Below, piece by piece: positions 1 through 10,506 of a DNA stretch of 64,000 nt. The stretch is from contig CAVRVY010000003.1 of NCBI GenBank assembly GCA_963724765.1, positions 768,001-832,000 on the forward strand, read 5' to 3'. Source of the stretch: an uncultured delta proteobacterium (GTDB lineage Bacteria > Desulfobacterota > Binatia > Binatales > Binataceae). The notes under the pieces are model-generated. The model saw nothing but the letters and a program-made list of their open reading frames with translations, was not told the DNA's origin and did not search any database. Position 1 is the stretch's first letter; every line of letters begins with the position of its first letter. Made by a program: the position numbers and the translations under genes.

Positions 1-299
1 GTGACCGTGAAGGCTGATTTTTCGGGAAAATCACAAATTGCCGCAAGCGCGACGTGTTCGAATGGGCTGTCGAAGTGCCAGTGACCTAATCGGTTCGGAT
101 CCCCGTTGACGGCCGCTGGCTGATGCCCATGTACGTCGTAAGCGTGGGCCCCGTGCTCATGATAGGAATCGAGGGGCTCTTTGCGATGATGGTGGTGATG
201 GTTGTCGCCGTGATCATGCTCCGGCGCGATGCGTCCATCGTGATGGTGATGGACGTGCGGGTGATTTCCTCCACGGTGGCGATGGTAAATCGCGCTCAT
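1..299 (-). CDS. His-rich protein, partial (runs off the left edge)
   Basis: Hand translation from ATG at 299: MSAIYHRHRGGNHPHVHHHHDGRIAPEHDHGDNHHHHHRKEPLDSYHEHGAHAYDVHGH..., open to position 1; GGAGGAG upstream at 318-324, rather distant from the ATG. Confidence 0.5.
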   Translation of the reverse strand, partial: MSAIYHRHRGGNHPHVHHHHDGRIAPEHDHGDNHHHHHRKEPLDSYHEHGAHAYDVHGHQPAAVNGDPNRLGHWHFDSPFEHVALAAICDFPEKSAFTV

Positions 300-514
300 G
301 ATCGCAAACGCAAATTACTCCTCCGAGCGGCAACCACAAAACGCGACCGCTCGGTTCGGTGGCAGCGCTTACAGGCACTGGCTGCGCTGGTTGAAGATAC
401 GTAGCCCGCGCACATCGCCGATTTACCTGATTGCTGCACGGCAGTGGTGCGCGCCGCCGCGCGAGAGCGGTTGCCGGCGCCCCTGCGCCATGTAAATTGC
501 CAGTGGCAATCGCG

Positions 515-3082
515 ATGCAGGCGAAGGTGATCCTTATCGGCGCGGCGCGGGGCGTGGGTCAACTGATCTACGCCATTCCGCAGGCGCTCGAGGGCCGCGT
601 CGAGCGCGGCCATCGGGTGATCGTGCCGCTGCGTTCGCGCCGCCTGACCGGCATCGTAATCGAAGTCGGAGAGCGGCTGGAGGCCGGCGCTGGCGCGCTC
701 AAGCCGATCCTCGAGCTTCCCGAGTCGCGCCCACTCTACGACCGCGCCCATCTCGGGCTCATCGAGTTCATGGCGTCGTACTATATGGCGCCGCTGGGCG
801 ACGCGATGCAGAGCGTGGTTCCGGCTGCCGCGCGGATCGAGTCGCGCAAGGTCCTTCGGCTCGCCGCATCTCCCGACCCCTTGCGCGAGGCGGCGCTGAC
901 GCCGATGGAGCGCGCGATTATCGAAGCGCTCGGCCGCCGCGCGATGACGGCGCGCGAACTCGCCCGGCTGGGCGAGCGGCGCGAAGTCACCTCCGCACTC
1001 GCCCTTCTCGCCGCCGAACGAATCGTGGAGACGGGAGAAGCCACCCGCGGCCGCCATCGAAGCGCGAGCGCCGTGCGCCTTGCACCCGGGGCTCGCGCGG
1101 CCACGAAACTTCGCGGCGCCCGGCAGCGTGAGATCATGCGCCTGCTCGGTGAGGCCGCGCCCGAAGCGCTCGCGCTCGAAGAATTGGAAGAACAGATTCC
1201 CGGCGCGCGAGTCGCGGTGCGCGCCCTCGCGGAGCGCGGAATCGTGGAGGTCGAGTCAGCGCCGCGGACCGGTGCGATGCGGTATCCGGGCAGCGCGGAC
1301 TTATCCGCTACAGAAGTGTCCGCTACAGAAGTGTCCGGTTGCGAAGTGTCCGGCAGCGCGCAAGCGTCCGCTGCGTCCGGCGTCGGCGATTTCGATTTGA
1401 TGCCCGAGCAGGCGGCCGCAATCGAGACCGTCATGCCTGCCGTCATCGATGCGCGCGAGGGCACCTTTCTCTTGTGGGGCGTCACCGCCAGCGGCAAGAC
1501 CGAGGTCTATCTGAAGCTCGCGGCGGCGGCTCTGGAAGCCGGCCGGCAGGTGCTGTTGCTGGTGCCCGAGATAGCGCTCGCGGATCAGATCGTCAGATCG
1601 TTTCGCGCCCGCTTCGGCCCGCTGGTGGCCGTGGCGCACAGCGCGCAGAACGTGGCCGAGCGATGGGCGAGCTGGATGGCCGCTCTGGGGGGGCAGGCGC
1701 GAATCATGATCGGTCCGCGCTCGGCGATCTTCGCTCCGCTAAGCGGCCTGGGACTGATCGTAGTCGACGAGGAGCACGACCCCGCCTACAAACAGGAAGA
1801 AGGAATTCGCTACAACGCGCGCGACCTCGCCGTGGTGCTGGGGCGACTCGCGCAATGCCCGGTGGTGCTGGGCTCGGCGACGCCGTCGTCCGAGTCGTTC
1901 TACAACACAAGGCGCGGGCGCTACCGGCTGCTGCGGATGGCGCGGCGGGTGATGGAGCGGCCGATGGCGGCGGTCGAGATAGTCGACCTGCGCGCGGAAT
2001 TCAAAAAAGATCCGGCGCGTGAAAAGAACGGCGCGGCAGCCGGCGCCGCGAAAAAGCTCGACCAGCCGCGTGCGGTGCCGCTCTCGGCGCCGCTGCTCGA
2101 TGCGCTGCGCGCCAATCTCGCCGCGGGTGGGCAAAGCGTGGTGTTTCTCAACCGCCGGGGCTTCCATAACTTTCTGCAATGCCATCTCTGCGGCATCGTG
2201 ATCTCCTGTGCTAATTGCAGCGTCAGCATGACGTTCCACATGCGTGACCGTTCGCTGCGATGCCATTGGTGTGGCGCGCATGCGCCGGCGCCCGAAGCGT
2301 GTCCCGAGTGCAACGGCTTCGGCCTGGTGGGCCAGGGCTTTGGCACCGAGCGGCTAACGGAGGCGCTGGCCGCGATGCTGCCGCAGGCGCGGATCGAGCG
2401 GATGGACAGCGACACCAGCGGGCGGCGCGGGATGCGCCTGGAGCTGGTCGAGCGCCTGCGCCGCGGCGAGATCGACGTGATGGTCGGCACGCAGATGATC
2501 ACCAAGGGGTTTGACTTGCCGGGCGTGACGCTGGTCGGCGTGGTGCTGGCCGACCTCGGGCTCAACCTGCCCGACTTCCGCGCCGCGGAACGAACCTTTC
2601 AACTGCTGACTCAAGTTGCGGGGCGCGCGGGCCGCGGCGAGCGGATGGGGCGCGTGCTGATCCAGACCTACGCGCCGCATCACTACAGTATTCGTGCCGC
2701 GCGCGACCAGGACTACGACCGCTTCATCCGGCGCGAGCTGCGATTGCGCCAGGAACTGGGATGGCCGCCGTACTCGCGGATGGCGCTGGTGCGAATCGAG
2801 GGGGCCGACGCCGCCGCGGTGGCCGCGATGGCGGAGCGGGCGGCCAAGGCGCTTCGGGGCCAGGTCGGGGCCGCAAAGGTTGACGCGATGCGCGTGCTCG
2901 GGCCTGCACCGGCGCCGATCGAGCGGCTGCGCGGGCGCTATCGATGGCAGGTCGTAGTGAGATCGACCGAGGCGGCGGCGATGCGCGCGGCGCTCGCGTC
3001 GATGCAGGCGCAGCTTGGCGGGCGCGACGCGCGCGGCGGGGTCTTCGTCGGTATCGACCTTGACCCGGTCAACATGCTGTGA
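515..3082 (+). CDS. priA: Primosomal protein N' (replication restart helicase)
   Basis: GVTASGKTEVY Walker A, VDEEHD, SATPS, two CxxC-CxxC zinc clusters, GTQMITKG, QVAGRAGR; start placed at MQAKV. Confidence 0.95.
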   Translation: MQAKVILIGAARGVGQLIYAIPQALEGRVERGHRVIVPLRSRRLTGIVIEVGERLEAGAGALKPILELPESRPLYDRAHLGLIEFMASYYMAPLGDAMQSVVPAAARIESRKVLRLAASPDPLREAALTPMERAIIEALGRRAMTARELARLGERREVTSALALLAAERIVETGEATRGRHRSASAVRLAPGARAATKLRGARQREIMRLLGEAAPEALALEELEEQIPGARVAVRALAERGIVEVESAPRTGAMRYPGSADLSATEVSATEVSGCEVSGSAQASAASGVGDFDLMPEQAAAIETVMPAVIDAREGTFLLWGVTASGKTEVYLKLAAAALEAGRQVLLLVPEIALADQIVRSFRARFGPLVAVAHSAQNVAERWASWMAALGGQARIMIGPRSAIFAPLSGLGLIVVDEEHDPAYKQEEGIRYNARDLAVVLGRLAQCPVVLGSATPSSESFYNTRRGRYRLLRMARRVMERPMAAVEIVDLRAEFKKDPAREKNGAAAGAAKKLDQPRAVPLSAPLLDALRANLAAGGQSVVFLNRRGFHNFLQCHLCGIVISCANCSVSMTFHMRDRSLRCHWCGAHAPAPEACPECNGFGLVGQGFGTERLTEALAAMLPQARIERMDSDTSGRRGMRLELVERLRRGEIDVMVGTQMITKGFDLPGVTLVGVVLADLGLNLPDFRAAERTFQLLTQVAGRAGRGERMGRVLIQTYAPHHYSIRAARDQDYDRFIRRELRLRQELGWPPYSRMALVRIEGADAAAVAAMAERAAKALRGQVGAAKVDAMRVLGPAPAPIERLRGRYRWQVVVRSTEAAAMRAALASMQAQLGGRDARGGVFVGIDLDPVNML
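1304..1353 (+). repeat. 15-bp tandem repeat in the priA linker (SATEV-SATEV-SGCEV-SG)
   Basis: tccgctacagaagtg x2, then tccggttgcgaagtg and tccgg. Confidence 0.85.
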
Positions 3083-3188
3083 GGCTTCGCGATGCTCTGA
3101 GCCTGCGCGAGCGCGGGCGGCGGCTGGTGAAAACCGACGCACGTTTGATAGGGTACAAGGTTGCTACCCAAGTTCTGAGGAGAACCCC

Positions 3189-3569
3189 ATGATTGACCAT
3201 GCCAGTATCGAGAGCCTGACCGCCGCCGTGCAGCGCTATTTCGACCTCATGTACGATGGAGACACTTCGCGCTGGGACCGCGTTTTTCGTACGACCGCCC
3301 AACTGCATGGGCTTCGCGAAGGCAAGATGGCGATGTTCACCTCCCAGGGATATAAGGAGCTGACGGCCAGCCGGCCGTCGCCGAAATCTCTGAGTGCTCC
3401 TCGCGAAGAAGAGATCCTGCTGATGGACTTCGCGTCACCGACCCAGGCGCTCGTTAAGGTGCGCGTCCGGATCAACAAGACCGTATACGTGGATCATCTC
3501 ACCTATCACCGGGTTGATGGTGAATGGCTGATCAGCTCGAAGGGCTTCCACGTCGAGCGCAACGATTAG
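3189..3569 (+). CDS. NTF2-like / putative lumazine-binding family protein
   Basis: AVQRYFDLMYDGD..., YVDHLTYHRVDGEWLISSK; GAGGAG RBS before ATG 3189. Confidence 0.8.
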   Translation: MIDHASIESLTAAVQRYFDLMYDGDTSRWDRVFRTTAQLHGLREGKMAMFTSQGYKELTASRPSPKSLSAPREEEILLMDFASPTQALVKVRVRINKTVYVDHLTYHRVDGEWLISSKGFHVERND

Positions 3570-3694
3570 CCGATCCGCTCGCCGACTGAAGCAAGGTTTT
3601 TTAGGCACGGACGGCCTACGCAGGCGGCAAGCGCGGAGTTTGTGCGCCGCCCGCCCGCACACAGCCGCCCGATGCTTGCGCCAGCGCGCGCCGC

Positions 3695-4030
3695 TTAGAG
3701 CTTCTCGATCCGCACCGCCGTGCCGTAGGCTGCGATCTCGCTCATGATGTTGCCGATCTCGTTGCAATCAAAGCGCATCGCGACCACGGCGTTGCCGCCC
3801 TTCTCCATCGCGGCCAGGCGCAGCCGGCCGATCGCCTGTTCGCGGCTGTCGGAGAGCAATTGCGTATAGCCGGCGACCTCGCCGCCAAAAATCGTGCGCA
3901 GTCCTGCGCCCATGTTGGAGAAAGCGTTGCGCGCCCGGCAGATCAGGCCGAAAACTTCGCCATATACGGCCACGATCTTGTAGCCTGGGACGTCGTTCAT
4001 GGTAGAGACTAAAACAGTGTCGTTGTCCAT
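3695..4030 (-). CDS. YbjQ / UPF0145 family protein
   Basis: GEVFG, RTIFGGEVAGYTQLL, GGNAVVAMRFD, AYGTAV. Confidence 0.9.
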   Translation of the reverse strand: MDNDTVLVSTMNDVPGYKIVAVYGEVFGLICRARNAFSNMGAGLRTIFGGEVAGYTQLLSDSREQAIGRLRLAAMEKGGNAVVAMRFDCNEIGNIMSEIAAYGTAVRIEKL

Positions 4031-4106
4031 AAACAGACCATAACCATGGTAAGCGCGGCTGACAACGTCAAAACGCAAATCTAATTCAACTCAAAGGCCG
4101 CGGCGA

Positions 4107-4172
4107 AAAATTGCCAGGCAAAATTGCTAGACAGAATTGTTAAAACAAAATTGTTAAACAAAGTTGTTAAAA
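4107..4172. repeat. Five AT-rich ~13-bp tandem repeats in a divergent promoter region
   Basis: aaaattgccaggc/aaaattgctagac/agaattgttaaaac/aaaattgttaaac/aaagttgttaaaa. Confidence 0.8.
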
Positions 4173-4182
4173 TAGACCCGCG

Positions 4183-5109
4183 ATGGCCGGAACGACACAG
4201 GTGACGATTCCAGAGCCGCACGCTTCGTTCGAGACGGTCATGGACGACGGCGCGATCATCCGGGTGCGCCGCCATGGGGCCGCCGGCGCTCCGCGCCTGG
4301 TGTTGACCCATGGCAACGGCCTCGCGATCGACGGCTACTTTTCGTTCTGGAGGCGGGTGCTCGATCGTTACGACGTAATCGTTTACGACTTCCGCAATCA
4401 CGGCCAGAACCCGGTGCATCATCCCGCTGGCCACAACTGGAAAAGATTCATCCATGACGACGAGCGCATCTGGCACGCGATCCGCGAGCATTGGGGCGCC
4501 AAACCGACGGCCGGCGTCTTTCATTCGCTCTCCGCAGTCGCCGCGGTGATGCATACCTTGGAGATGGGCCGGCGCTGGGATCCGCTGGTCCTGTTCGATC
4601 CGCCCATTCATCCGCGCGACGGCCATCCGCTGCAGGCCGTCCAGAAATCCCACGAGAGCGAGATCACCCAACGCGCCCGCCGCCGCACCGAGCGCTACAA
4701 GGACCCGGTTGACCTGGCGCAGCTTTTCGCCCACGTGCCACAGTTCAAGCTGTGGCGCCCGGAGGCGTACGAGTTGATGGCGCGCGCGACGCTGCGGCCC
4801 GACGAGGCCTCGAATGATTGGGTGCTGGCCTGCCCGCGCGAGCTTGAGGCGCACGTCTTCGAGAGCAATCGCGACGCGACGATATGGCCCCGGATGAAAA
4901 ACCTGCCGGTGCCGTGCAAATTGATTTGTGGCGACTTCGCAAGCGAGCACAAGCAGCCGCCGGCGCTCATCGGACGCGCGATCGCCGAGGAGACCGCGGT
5001 CGAATACGAAGCGATTGCGCATACCACGCACTTTCTTCAAATCGAGCGTCCCGACGAATGTATCCGCTCGATGGAACTGTTCCTGCGCAAGCACGGGTTC
5101 ATCGAATAG
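4183..5109 (+). CDS. Alpha/beta hydrolase
   Basis: HGNG, YDFRNHG, HSLS nucleophile elbow, THFLQIERP. Confidence 0.85.
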   Translation: MAGTTQVTIPEPHASFETVMDDGAIIRVRRHGAAGAPRLVLTHGNGLAIDGYFSFWRRVLDRYDVIVYDFRNHGQNPVHHPAGHNWKRFIHDDERIWHAIREHWGAKPTAGVFHSLSAVAAVMHTLEMGRRWDPLVLFDPPIHPRDGHPLQAVQKSHESEITQRARRRTERYKDPVDLAQLFAHVPQFKLWRPEAYELMARATLRPDEASNDWVLACPRELEAHVFESNRDATIWPRMKNLPVPCKLICGDFASEHKQPPALIGRAIAEETAVEYEAIAHTTHFLQIERPDECIRSMELFLRKHGFIE

Positions 5110-5223
5110 CGCGCCGGACGCGGCGCTTTGCGCGCTTTCGGCGCTTCGGAGGCTCTGATAAATTTTCTCCATTGTTTCACCGATAGATTTTGCCCTGAAA
5201 ACAACCGCTGAAGACAACTAACG

Positions 5224-5766
5224 ATGGCGCTCCTCAACATCCGCAGATTTCCCGACCCGGCGCTAAAAGATCCGGCAAAGCCGGTCGCCAACATCGACGG
5301 CGGCCTGACCAACTTCATCGAGAGCATGGTGCAGACGATGTACGCGGCGCCGGGCGTGGGGCTGGCGGCGCCCCAGGTCGGCGATTCGCGCCGCGTGATA
5401 GTGCTCGACACCGACCATCAGAACCCGGGCAAGAAACTGCTGCGGCTCATCAACCCAAAGATCGTCGAGGCCGAGGGTTCGGTGATTTGGGAAGAGGGAT
5501 GCCTTTCGGTGATCGACTACACCGCCGACGTCAAACGCGCCGCGCGCGTGCTGGTGCGCGCGTGGACACTCGAGGAGAAGGAGATCGAGATCGAGGCGGA
5601 CGACCTCCTCGCAGTCGCGCTGCAGCATGAGATCGACCATCTCGACGGCAAGCTCTTCATCGATCGCATCAGCCGTATCAAGCGCGAACTGTACCGGCGT
5701 AAACTCGCCAAGCTGATAAAGGAGGGCAAGGCCGATGGCCAGCGGCCCTCCAGCGTCCGGATCTGA
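5224..5766 (+). CDS. def: Peptide deformylase
   Basis: GVGLAAPQVG, EGCLS, QHEIDHLDG. Confidence 0.97.
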   Translation: MALLNIRRFPDPALKDPAKPVANIDGGLTNFIESMVQTMYAAPGVGLAAPQVGDSRRVIVLDTDHQNPGKKLLRLINPKIVEAEGSVIWEEGCLSVIDYTADVKRAARVLVRAWTLEEKEIEIEADDLLAVALQHEIDHLDGKLFIDRISRIKRELYRRKLAKLIKEGKADGQRPSSVRI

Positions 5767-6811
5767 AATCGCCATCCCCACGAAACCATTGAGAATCGTC
5801 TTCATGGGTACGCCGGCGCTGGCGGCTCATATTCTGGAGCGCCTGGCCGACGCTTGCAGCGATGCCACCCGGTCTGACTTCCAGAGCCCGGGCTTCGAGA
5901 TCGTGGGCGTGGTTACGCGTCCCGATCAGCCCCGCGGGCGCGGGCTCAGGCTCGAGCCGAGCGAGGTCGGAGCGGTGGCGGAACGCCGCGGGTTGCCGGT
6001 GCTCAAGCCGGCGAAGATTCGCACGGCGGAATTTCTCGCCGAGCTGCTCGCGTTGAATCCCGACTTGCTGGTGGTCGCGGCCTATGGCCGAATCCTGCCC
6101 GACCCGGTGCTCGCGGCGGCGCAAATCATGCCGATCAACGTCCACGCCTCGCTCCTACCCCGCCATCGCGGCGCCTCGCCGGTCGAAGGGGCGATTCTTG
6201 CCGGCGACAGCGAAAGCGGCGTCACGATCATGCGCATAGTCAGCCGAATGGATGCGGGTCCAGTCCTGCTCGCGCGCGCGATTCCGATCGCGCCGGGCGA
6301 GACCCAGGGAACGCTCAAGGAGAAGCTCGCGGAGCTGGGCGCGGCGGCGCTGCTCGAAGCGCTGGAGAAGCTCCGAGGGGGACAACTCGTCGAGACGCCG
6401 CAGGACGAGAGTCTCGCAACGTACACCTCGCCCGTGAGCAAGGCTCATGCGGTTATCGATTGGAGCGCCGATGCGGTGCGGATCGAACGGATGGTGCGCG
6501 CGTACGATCCATGGCCGGTCGCGCGCACGCGGCTGCGTGGCGATGAGCTCCTGATATGGCGCGCCGCGCCCGACGGTTCCGCGTCGGCAGATGCGCCAGT
6601 CTCGCGGGGTGCGACGCCCGACGAGCCGGCTGCCGCCGGCTCATCGGGCGTCGCGCCCGGCACAATCGTCCGGATGAAGCCCGAAGTCGCGGTGCAATGC
6701 GGGCGCGGACGACTCGTGCTCGCCGAGGTGCAGGCGGCGGGACGCAAGCGGATGGGCGCGGCGGAGTTTCTGCGCGGGCGGCGCGTCATCCCAGGCGAGC
6801 GCCTGGGATGA
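5735..6811 (+). CDS. fmt: Methionyl-tRNA formyltransferase
   Basis: RIVFMGTP, INVHASLLPRHRGASP, MDAG; follows def. Confidence 0.95.
   Translation: MASGPPASGSEIAIPTKPLRIVFMGTPALAAHILERLADACSDATRSDFQSPGFEIVGVVTRPDQPRGRGLRLEPSEVGAVAERRGLPVLKPAKIRTAEFLAELLALNPDLLVVAAYGRILPDPVLAAAQIMPINVHASLLPRHRGASPVEGAILAGDSESGVTIMRIVSRMDAGPVLLARAIPIAPGETQGTLKEKLAELGAAALLEALEKLRGGQLVETPQDESLATYTSPVSKAHAVIDWSADAVRIERMVRAYDPWPVARTRLRGDELLIWRAAPDGSASADAPVSRGATPDEPAAAGSSGVAPGTIVRMKPEVAVQCGRGRLVLAEVQAAGRKRMGAAEFLRGRRVIPGERLG
6611..6654. repeat. 20-bp inverted repeat (1 mismatch) inside fmt
   Basis: gcgacgcccgacgagccggc-tgcc-gccggctcatcgggcgtcgc. Confidence 0.85.
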
Positions 6812-8253
6812 CGCGCCGCCCGCCTATCGCCCCGCGCAGCGGCGGCGCCGATGCGCCGGGTGCGCCCACGCGCTGCCACGCTCGCGTTCCGGGGCCGGGC
6901 GCGCCCAGAGCGCCCGAGCGCGACGGGGCGGGCCTGGTGGCCCGCCGCGCCGCGCTCGAAATTCTGGTCCGTGTGGAGAGCCACGCGGCCTTCGCCGACG
7001 TGATGCTCGGCCATCGCCTCGCCGCTTTCGCCCCGCCCGACCGCCGCCTGCTGACGCGGCTGGTGCTCGGCACACTCGCCTGGCGCGGCAGATTGGATTA
7101 CGAACTGGCGCAACTGTGCACGCAGCCGCTCGAAAAGCTCGAGCTTGCGGTGCTGAGTGCGCTCAGACTCGGGCTTTTTCAGATGCGCCATCTGAGCCGT
7201 ATACCCCCGCATGCCGCGGTCGACACTGCCGTGTCGCTCGCGCGCGAGGCGGCGGGCCGCGGCGCCGGCGGCCTGGTCAACGCGGTGCTGCGGCGCGCCG
7301 CTGGCGGAGCGGCCGCGATGCCCGATCGGGCGGCGGATGAGGTTGGGTATCTCGCGGTTGCGTACTCGCATCCGCGATGGCTGGTGGCGTGTTTTATCGA
7401 ATGGTTCGGTATGGCCCGGGCCGAGGCGCTGATGGCAGCCGACAACGAGGCCGCGCCGAACGTGATGCGGCTCAACCTGGCGCGCGGCACGCGCGAAGAG
7501 ATCGTCGCTCGAATGGCAGCCGACGGAATGGGGATAAGTGCACGCGGTCACCTGCCTGAGACCGCAGTGCTCGAGGGCGCAGCCGACTTCGACTCCAATT
7601 CGTACCGCGCCGGACTGTTCCATCCGCAATCCGAGGCTTCGCAAATGGTTTCCCGGATGCTCGCGCCTTCGGCAGGCGCCACGGTGATCGATTGCGCTGC
7701 CGCCCCGGGCGGCAAGGCGACCCATCTTGCGGAATTGGCCGATGCGCGCGGACGGGTGGTGGCGCTCGACCTGAATCTGCACGGGCTCAAGGCGGCGCGC
7801 GACCTCGCGCGGCGCCTGGGGCATCGCAATATCGTGTTCGCAAACGCGGACATCGCCGTGGCGTCGCCGCTGTGCAACGAGTCCGCTGGCTTCGTGTTGC
7901 TCGACGCGCCGTGTACCGGGACCGGCACGCTGCGGGAGCATCCGGAGATACGATGGCGCCTGGTGGCGAACGACTTTCGCCGGATGGCGGAGGTCCAGCG
8001 CGCGATGCTCGAGAATGCGGCGGCGTTGGTCCGGCCGGGTGGTGTGATCGTGTACGCCGTATGCAGCCTGGCGCCGCAGGAAGGACATGGCGTGGTACGC
8101 GGCTTTCTCGCGGAGCATCCGGAGTTCGCGCTCGAACCGCCGCCGGCGGCGGCGCAACTGGCACCCTGGCTTCAAAGCGACGGGACAATGGCGACCAGTC
8201 CCGAGCGCGGCGGCCTCGACGGCTTTTTCGCCGCCCGCATGCGCCGGCGATGA
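6808..8253 (+). CDS. rsmB: 16S rRNA m5C967 methyltransferase
   Basis: NusB-like N-domain (VNAVLR), DCAAAPGGKAT, DAPCTGTG, YAVCS, DGFFAA; ATGA overlap with fmt. Confidence 0.93.
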   Translation: MTRRPPIAPRSGGADAPGAPTRCHARVPGPGAPRAPERDGAGLVARRAALEILVRVESHAAFADVMLGHRLAAFAPPDRRLLTRLVLGTLAWRGRLDYELAQLCTQPLEKLELAVLSALRLGLFQMRHLSRIPPHAAVDTAVSLAREAAGRGAGGLVNAVLRRAAGGAAAMPDRAADEVGYLAVAYSHPRWLVACFIEWFGMARAEALMAADNEAAPNVMRLNLARGTREEIVARMAADGMGISARGHLPETAVLEGAADFDSNSYRAGLFHPQSEASQMVSRMLAPSAGATVIDCAAAPGGKATHLAELADARGRVVALDLNLHGLKAARDLARRLGHRNIVFANADIAVASPLCNESAGFVLLDAPCTGTGTLREHPEIRWRLVANDFRRMAEVQRAMLENAAALVRPGGVIVYAVCSLAPQEGHGVVRGFLAEHPEFALEPPPAAAQLAPWLQSDGTMATSPERGGLDGFFAARMRRR

Positions 8254-8297
8254 GCGCGCCTTTTGCCGCGCGGTGGCCGAGGCGGTAGTCTTTGCCC

Positions 8298-8984
8298 ATG
8301 GGACTCGAGCTCAAGATTGCGCCGTCGATCCTGTCGGCTGACTTCGCGCGCCTGGGCGAGGAGATTCGTCGGGTCGAGGAGGCTGGCGCCGACCTGATTC
8401 ATTTCGACGTGATGGACGGCCATTTCGTTCCGAACCTGTCGATCGGCGTGCCGGTGCTGAAATCGCTGCGCAAGATAACCCGGCTGCCGCTCGACGCGCA
8501 TCTGATGATCTCGGAGCCTGCGCGCTATCTGAAAGCCTTCGTCGAGGCCGGCGCCAATTCGATCTCAGTGCATGCGGAGGTCTGCGACGATTTGCCGGGA
8601 ATCGCCGCGCGGATCCACGAGCTCGGCGCGCGCGCCTCGGTTGCGATCAATCCGGAGACGCCGGTTGAGCGCGTGCTCGCCCCAGCCGAGCATCTCGACA
8701 TGATCCTGGTGATGAGCGTGCATCCGGGGTTCGGCGGACAGGGCTTTATCGCCGAGAGCCTGGAGAAGTTGCGCGCGGTGCGGCGCGAGATCGAGCGGCG
8801 CGGGCTCAAGGTCGACGTCGAGGTCGACGGCGGGATCAAAATCGACAATATCGGCGCGGTGGCCGAGGCTGGAGCCAACGTATTTGTGTCCGGGTCTGGA
8901 ATTTTCGGTCATGAAAACTACCTGAGGATAATCGCGGAGATGCGCGAACAGGTGGCGAGCGCCCGAATGAACTGCCGGGAGTAA
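8298..8984 (+). CDS. rpe: Ribulose-phosphate 3-epimerase
   Basis: IAPSILSADF, HFDVMDGHFVPN, MSVHPGFGGQ, VDGG. Confidence 0.97.
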   Translation: MGLELKIAPSILSADFARLGEEIRRVEEAGADLIHFDVMDGHFVPNLSIGVPVLKSLRKITRLPLDAHLMISEPARYLKAFVEAGANSISVHAEVCDDLPGIAARIHELGARASVAINPETPVERVLAPAEHLDMILVMSVHPGFGGQGFIAESLEKLRAVRREIERRGLKVDVEVDGGIKIDNIGAVAEAGANVFVSGSGIFGHENYLRIIAEMREQVASARMNCRE

Positions 8985-9137
8985 TTTGCCGGTCGCGATG
9001 GCTCGAGGCGACGGTCTGCCGAATCGATGGCTCGTCAAAATGCCAGCTCGTCAGAATGCCGGCGCGCCAAATGCCGGCTCGCAATGCCGCGCGCGGCGAT
9101 GCTATAAATAGGGCCCGGTTCGGAACCCTTGGCTTTA

Positions 9138-9215
9138 CGGGGTGTAGCTCAGCCTGGCTAGAGCGCTGCGTTCGGGACGCAGAAGTCGCTGGTTCAAATC
9201 CAGTCACCCCGACCA
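9138..9215 (+). tRNA. tRNA-Pro(CGG)
   Basis: CGGGGTG acceptor stem, anticodon arm CTGCG-TTCGGGA-CGCAG, GGTTCAAATCC T-loop, encoded CCA. Confidence 0.97.
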
Positions 9216-9242
9216 TTTCTCTCTCGCGCGGAAAGGCCGCAC

Positions 9243-9857
9243 TTGCTGAGCATCGCGCTTCTCTTCATCGCCGCATACCTGTTCGGATCGATCCCGGTGG
9301 GCGTGCTGGTCGGCCGCGCTTTCGGCTTCGATCCGCGCGGCGTCGGTTCGGGCAATATTGGGATGACCAACGTGACGCGGGCGGGCGGCAAAGGCGCCGG
9401 CGCGATAACTTTCGTGGGCGACCTGCTCAAGGGGATGATCCCGGTGCTGGTGGCGCGGATGGCGGGTCTGCCGGCCGCGGTCGTCGCGATCGTGGGCCTC
9501 GGCGCCTTTATCGGCGCGATCTGCTCGGTATTCCTGCGGTTCCATGGCGGCAAGGGGGTTTCGGCGTCGCTCGGAATCTGGCTCGGGATCTCGCCGCTGG
9601 CGGCGCTGATCGCGCTGGGAGTGTTCATTGTCGTATTCGCGCTTGCCAGAATTGTGTCGCTGGCGTCGATTTGCGCTGCGATCATTCTGCCGCCGGCCGC
9701 TGCGATGCTGGGGCTGCCGCGGCCCTACGTCGGCCTGGCGATCGTGATGACGGCGCTGGTGCTGCTACGCCATCATGAGAATATTGCGCGCTTGATCGGC
9801 GGCGAGGAGCGGCCGATGGGCCGCAAGGACGCTGGCGGAGGCGCCGCCGGAGTTTAG
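9243..9857 (+). CDS. plsY: Glycerol-3-phosphate acyltransferase
   Basis: YLFGSIP, GSGNIGMTN, GGKGVS, RHHENIARL. Confidence 0.95.
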   Translation: MLSIALLFIAAYLFGSIPVGVLVGRAFGFDPRGVGSGNIGMTNVTRAGGKGAGAITFVGDLLKGMIPVLVARMAGLPAAVVAIVGLGAFIGAICSVFLRFHGGKGVSASLGIWLGISPLAALIALGVFIVVFALARIVSLASICAAIILPPAAAMLGLPRPYVGLAIVMTALVLLRHHENIARLIGGEERPMGRKDAGGGAAGV

Positions 9858-9915
9858 GCTGGCGCCCAGGCAGCCTCAAAATAGACAGCACAATAGACAC
9901 GCGGCTGCCGCTTAA

Positions 9916-10500
<585 letters not shown>

Positions 10501-10506
10501 CTTGCT

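Noticed and set aside
9138-9215. Integration site at tRNA-Pro
   Set aside because: Flanked by core genes rpe and plsY; no integrase or duplicated 3' end seen
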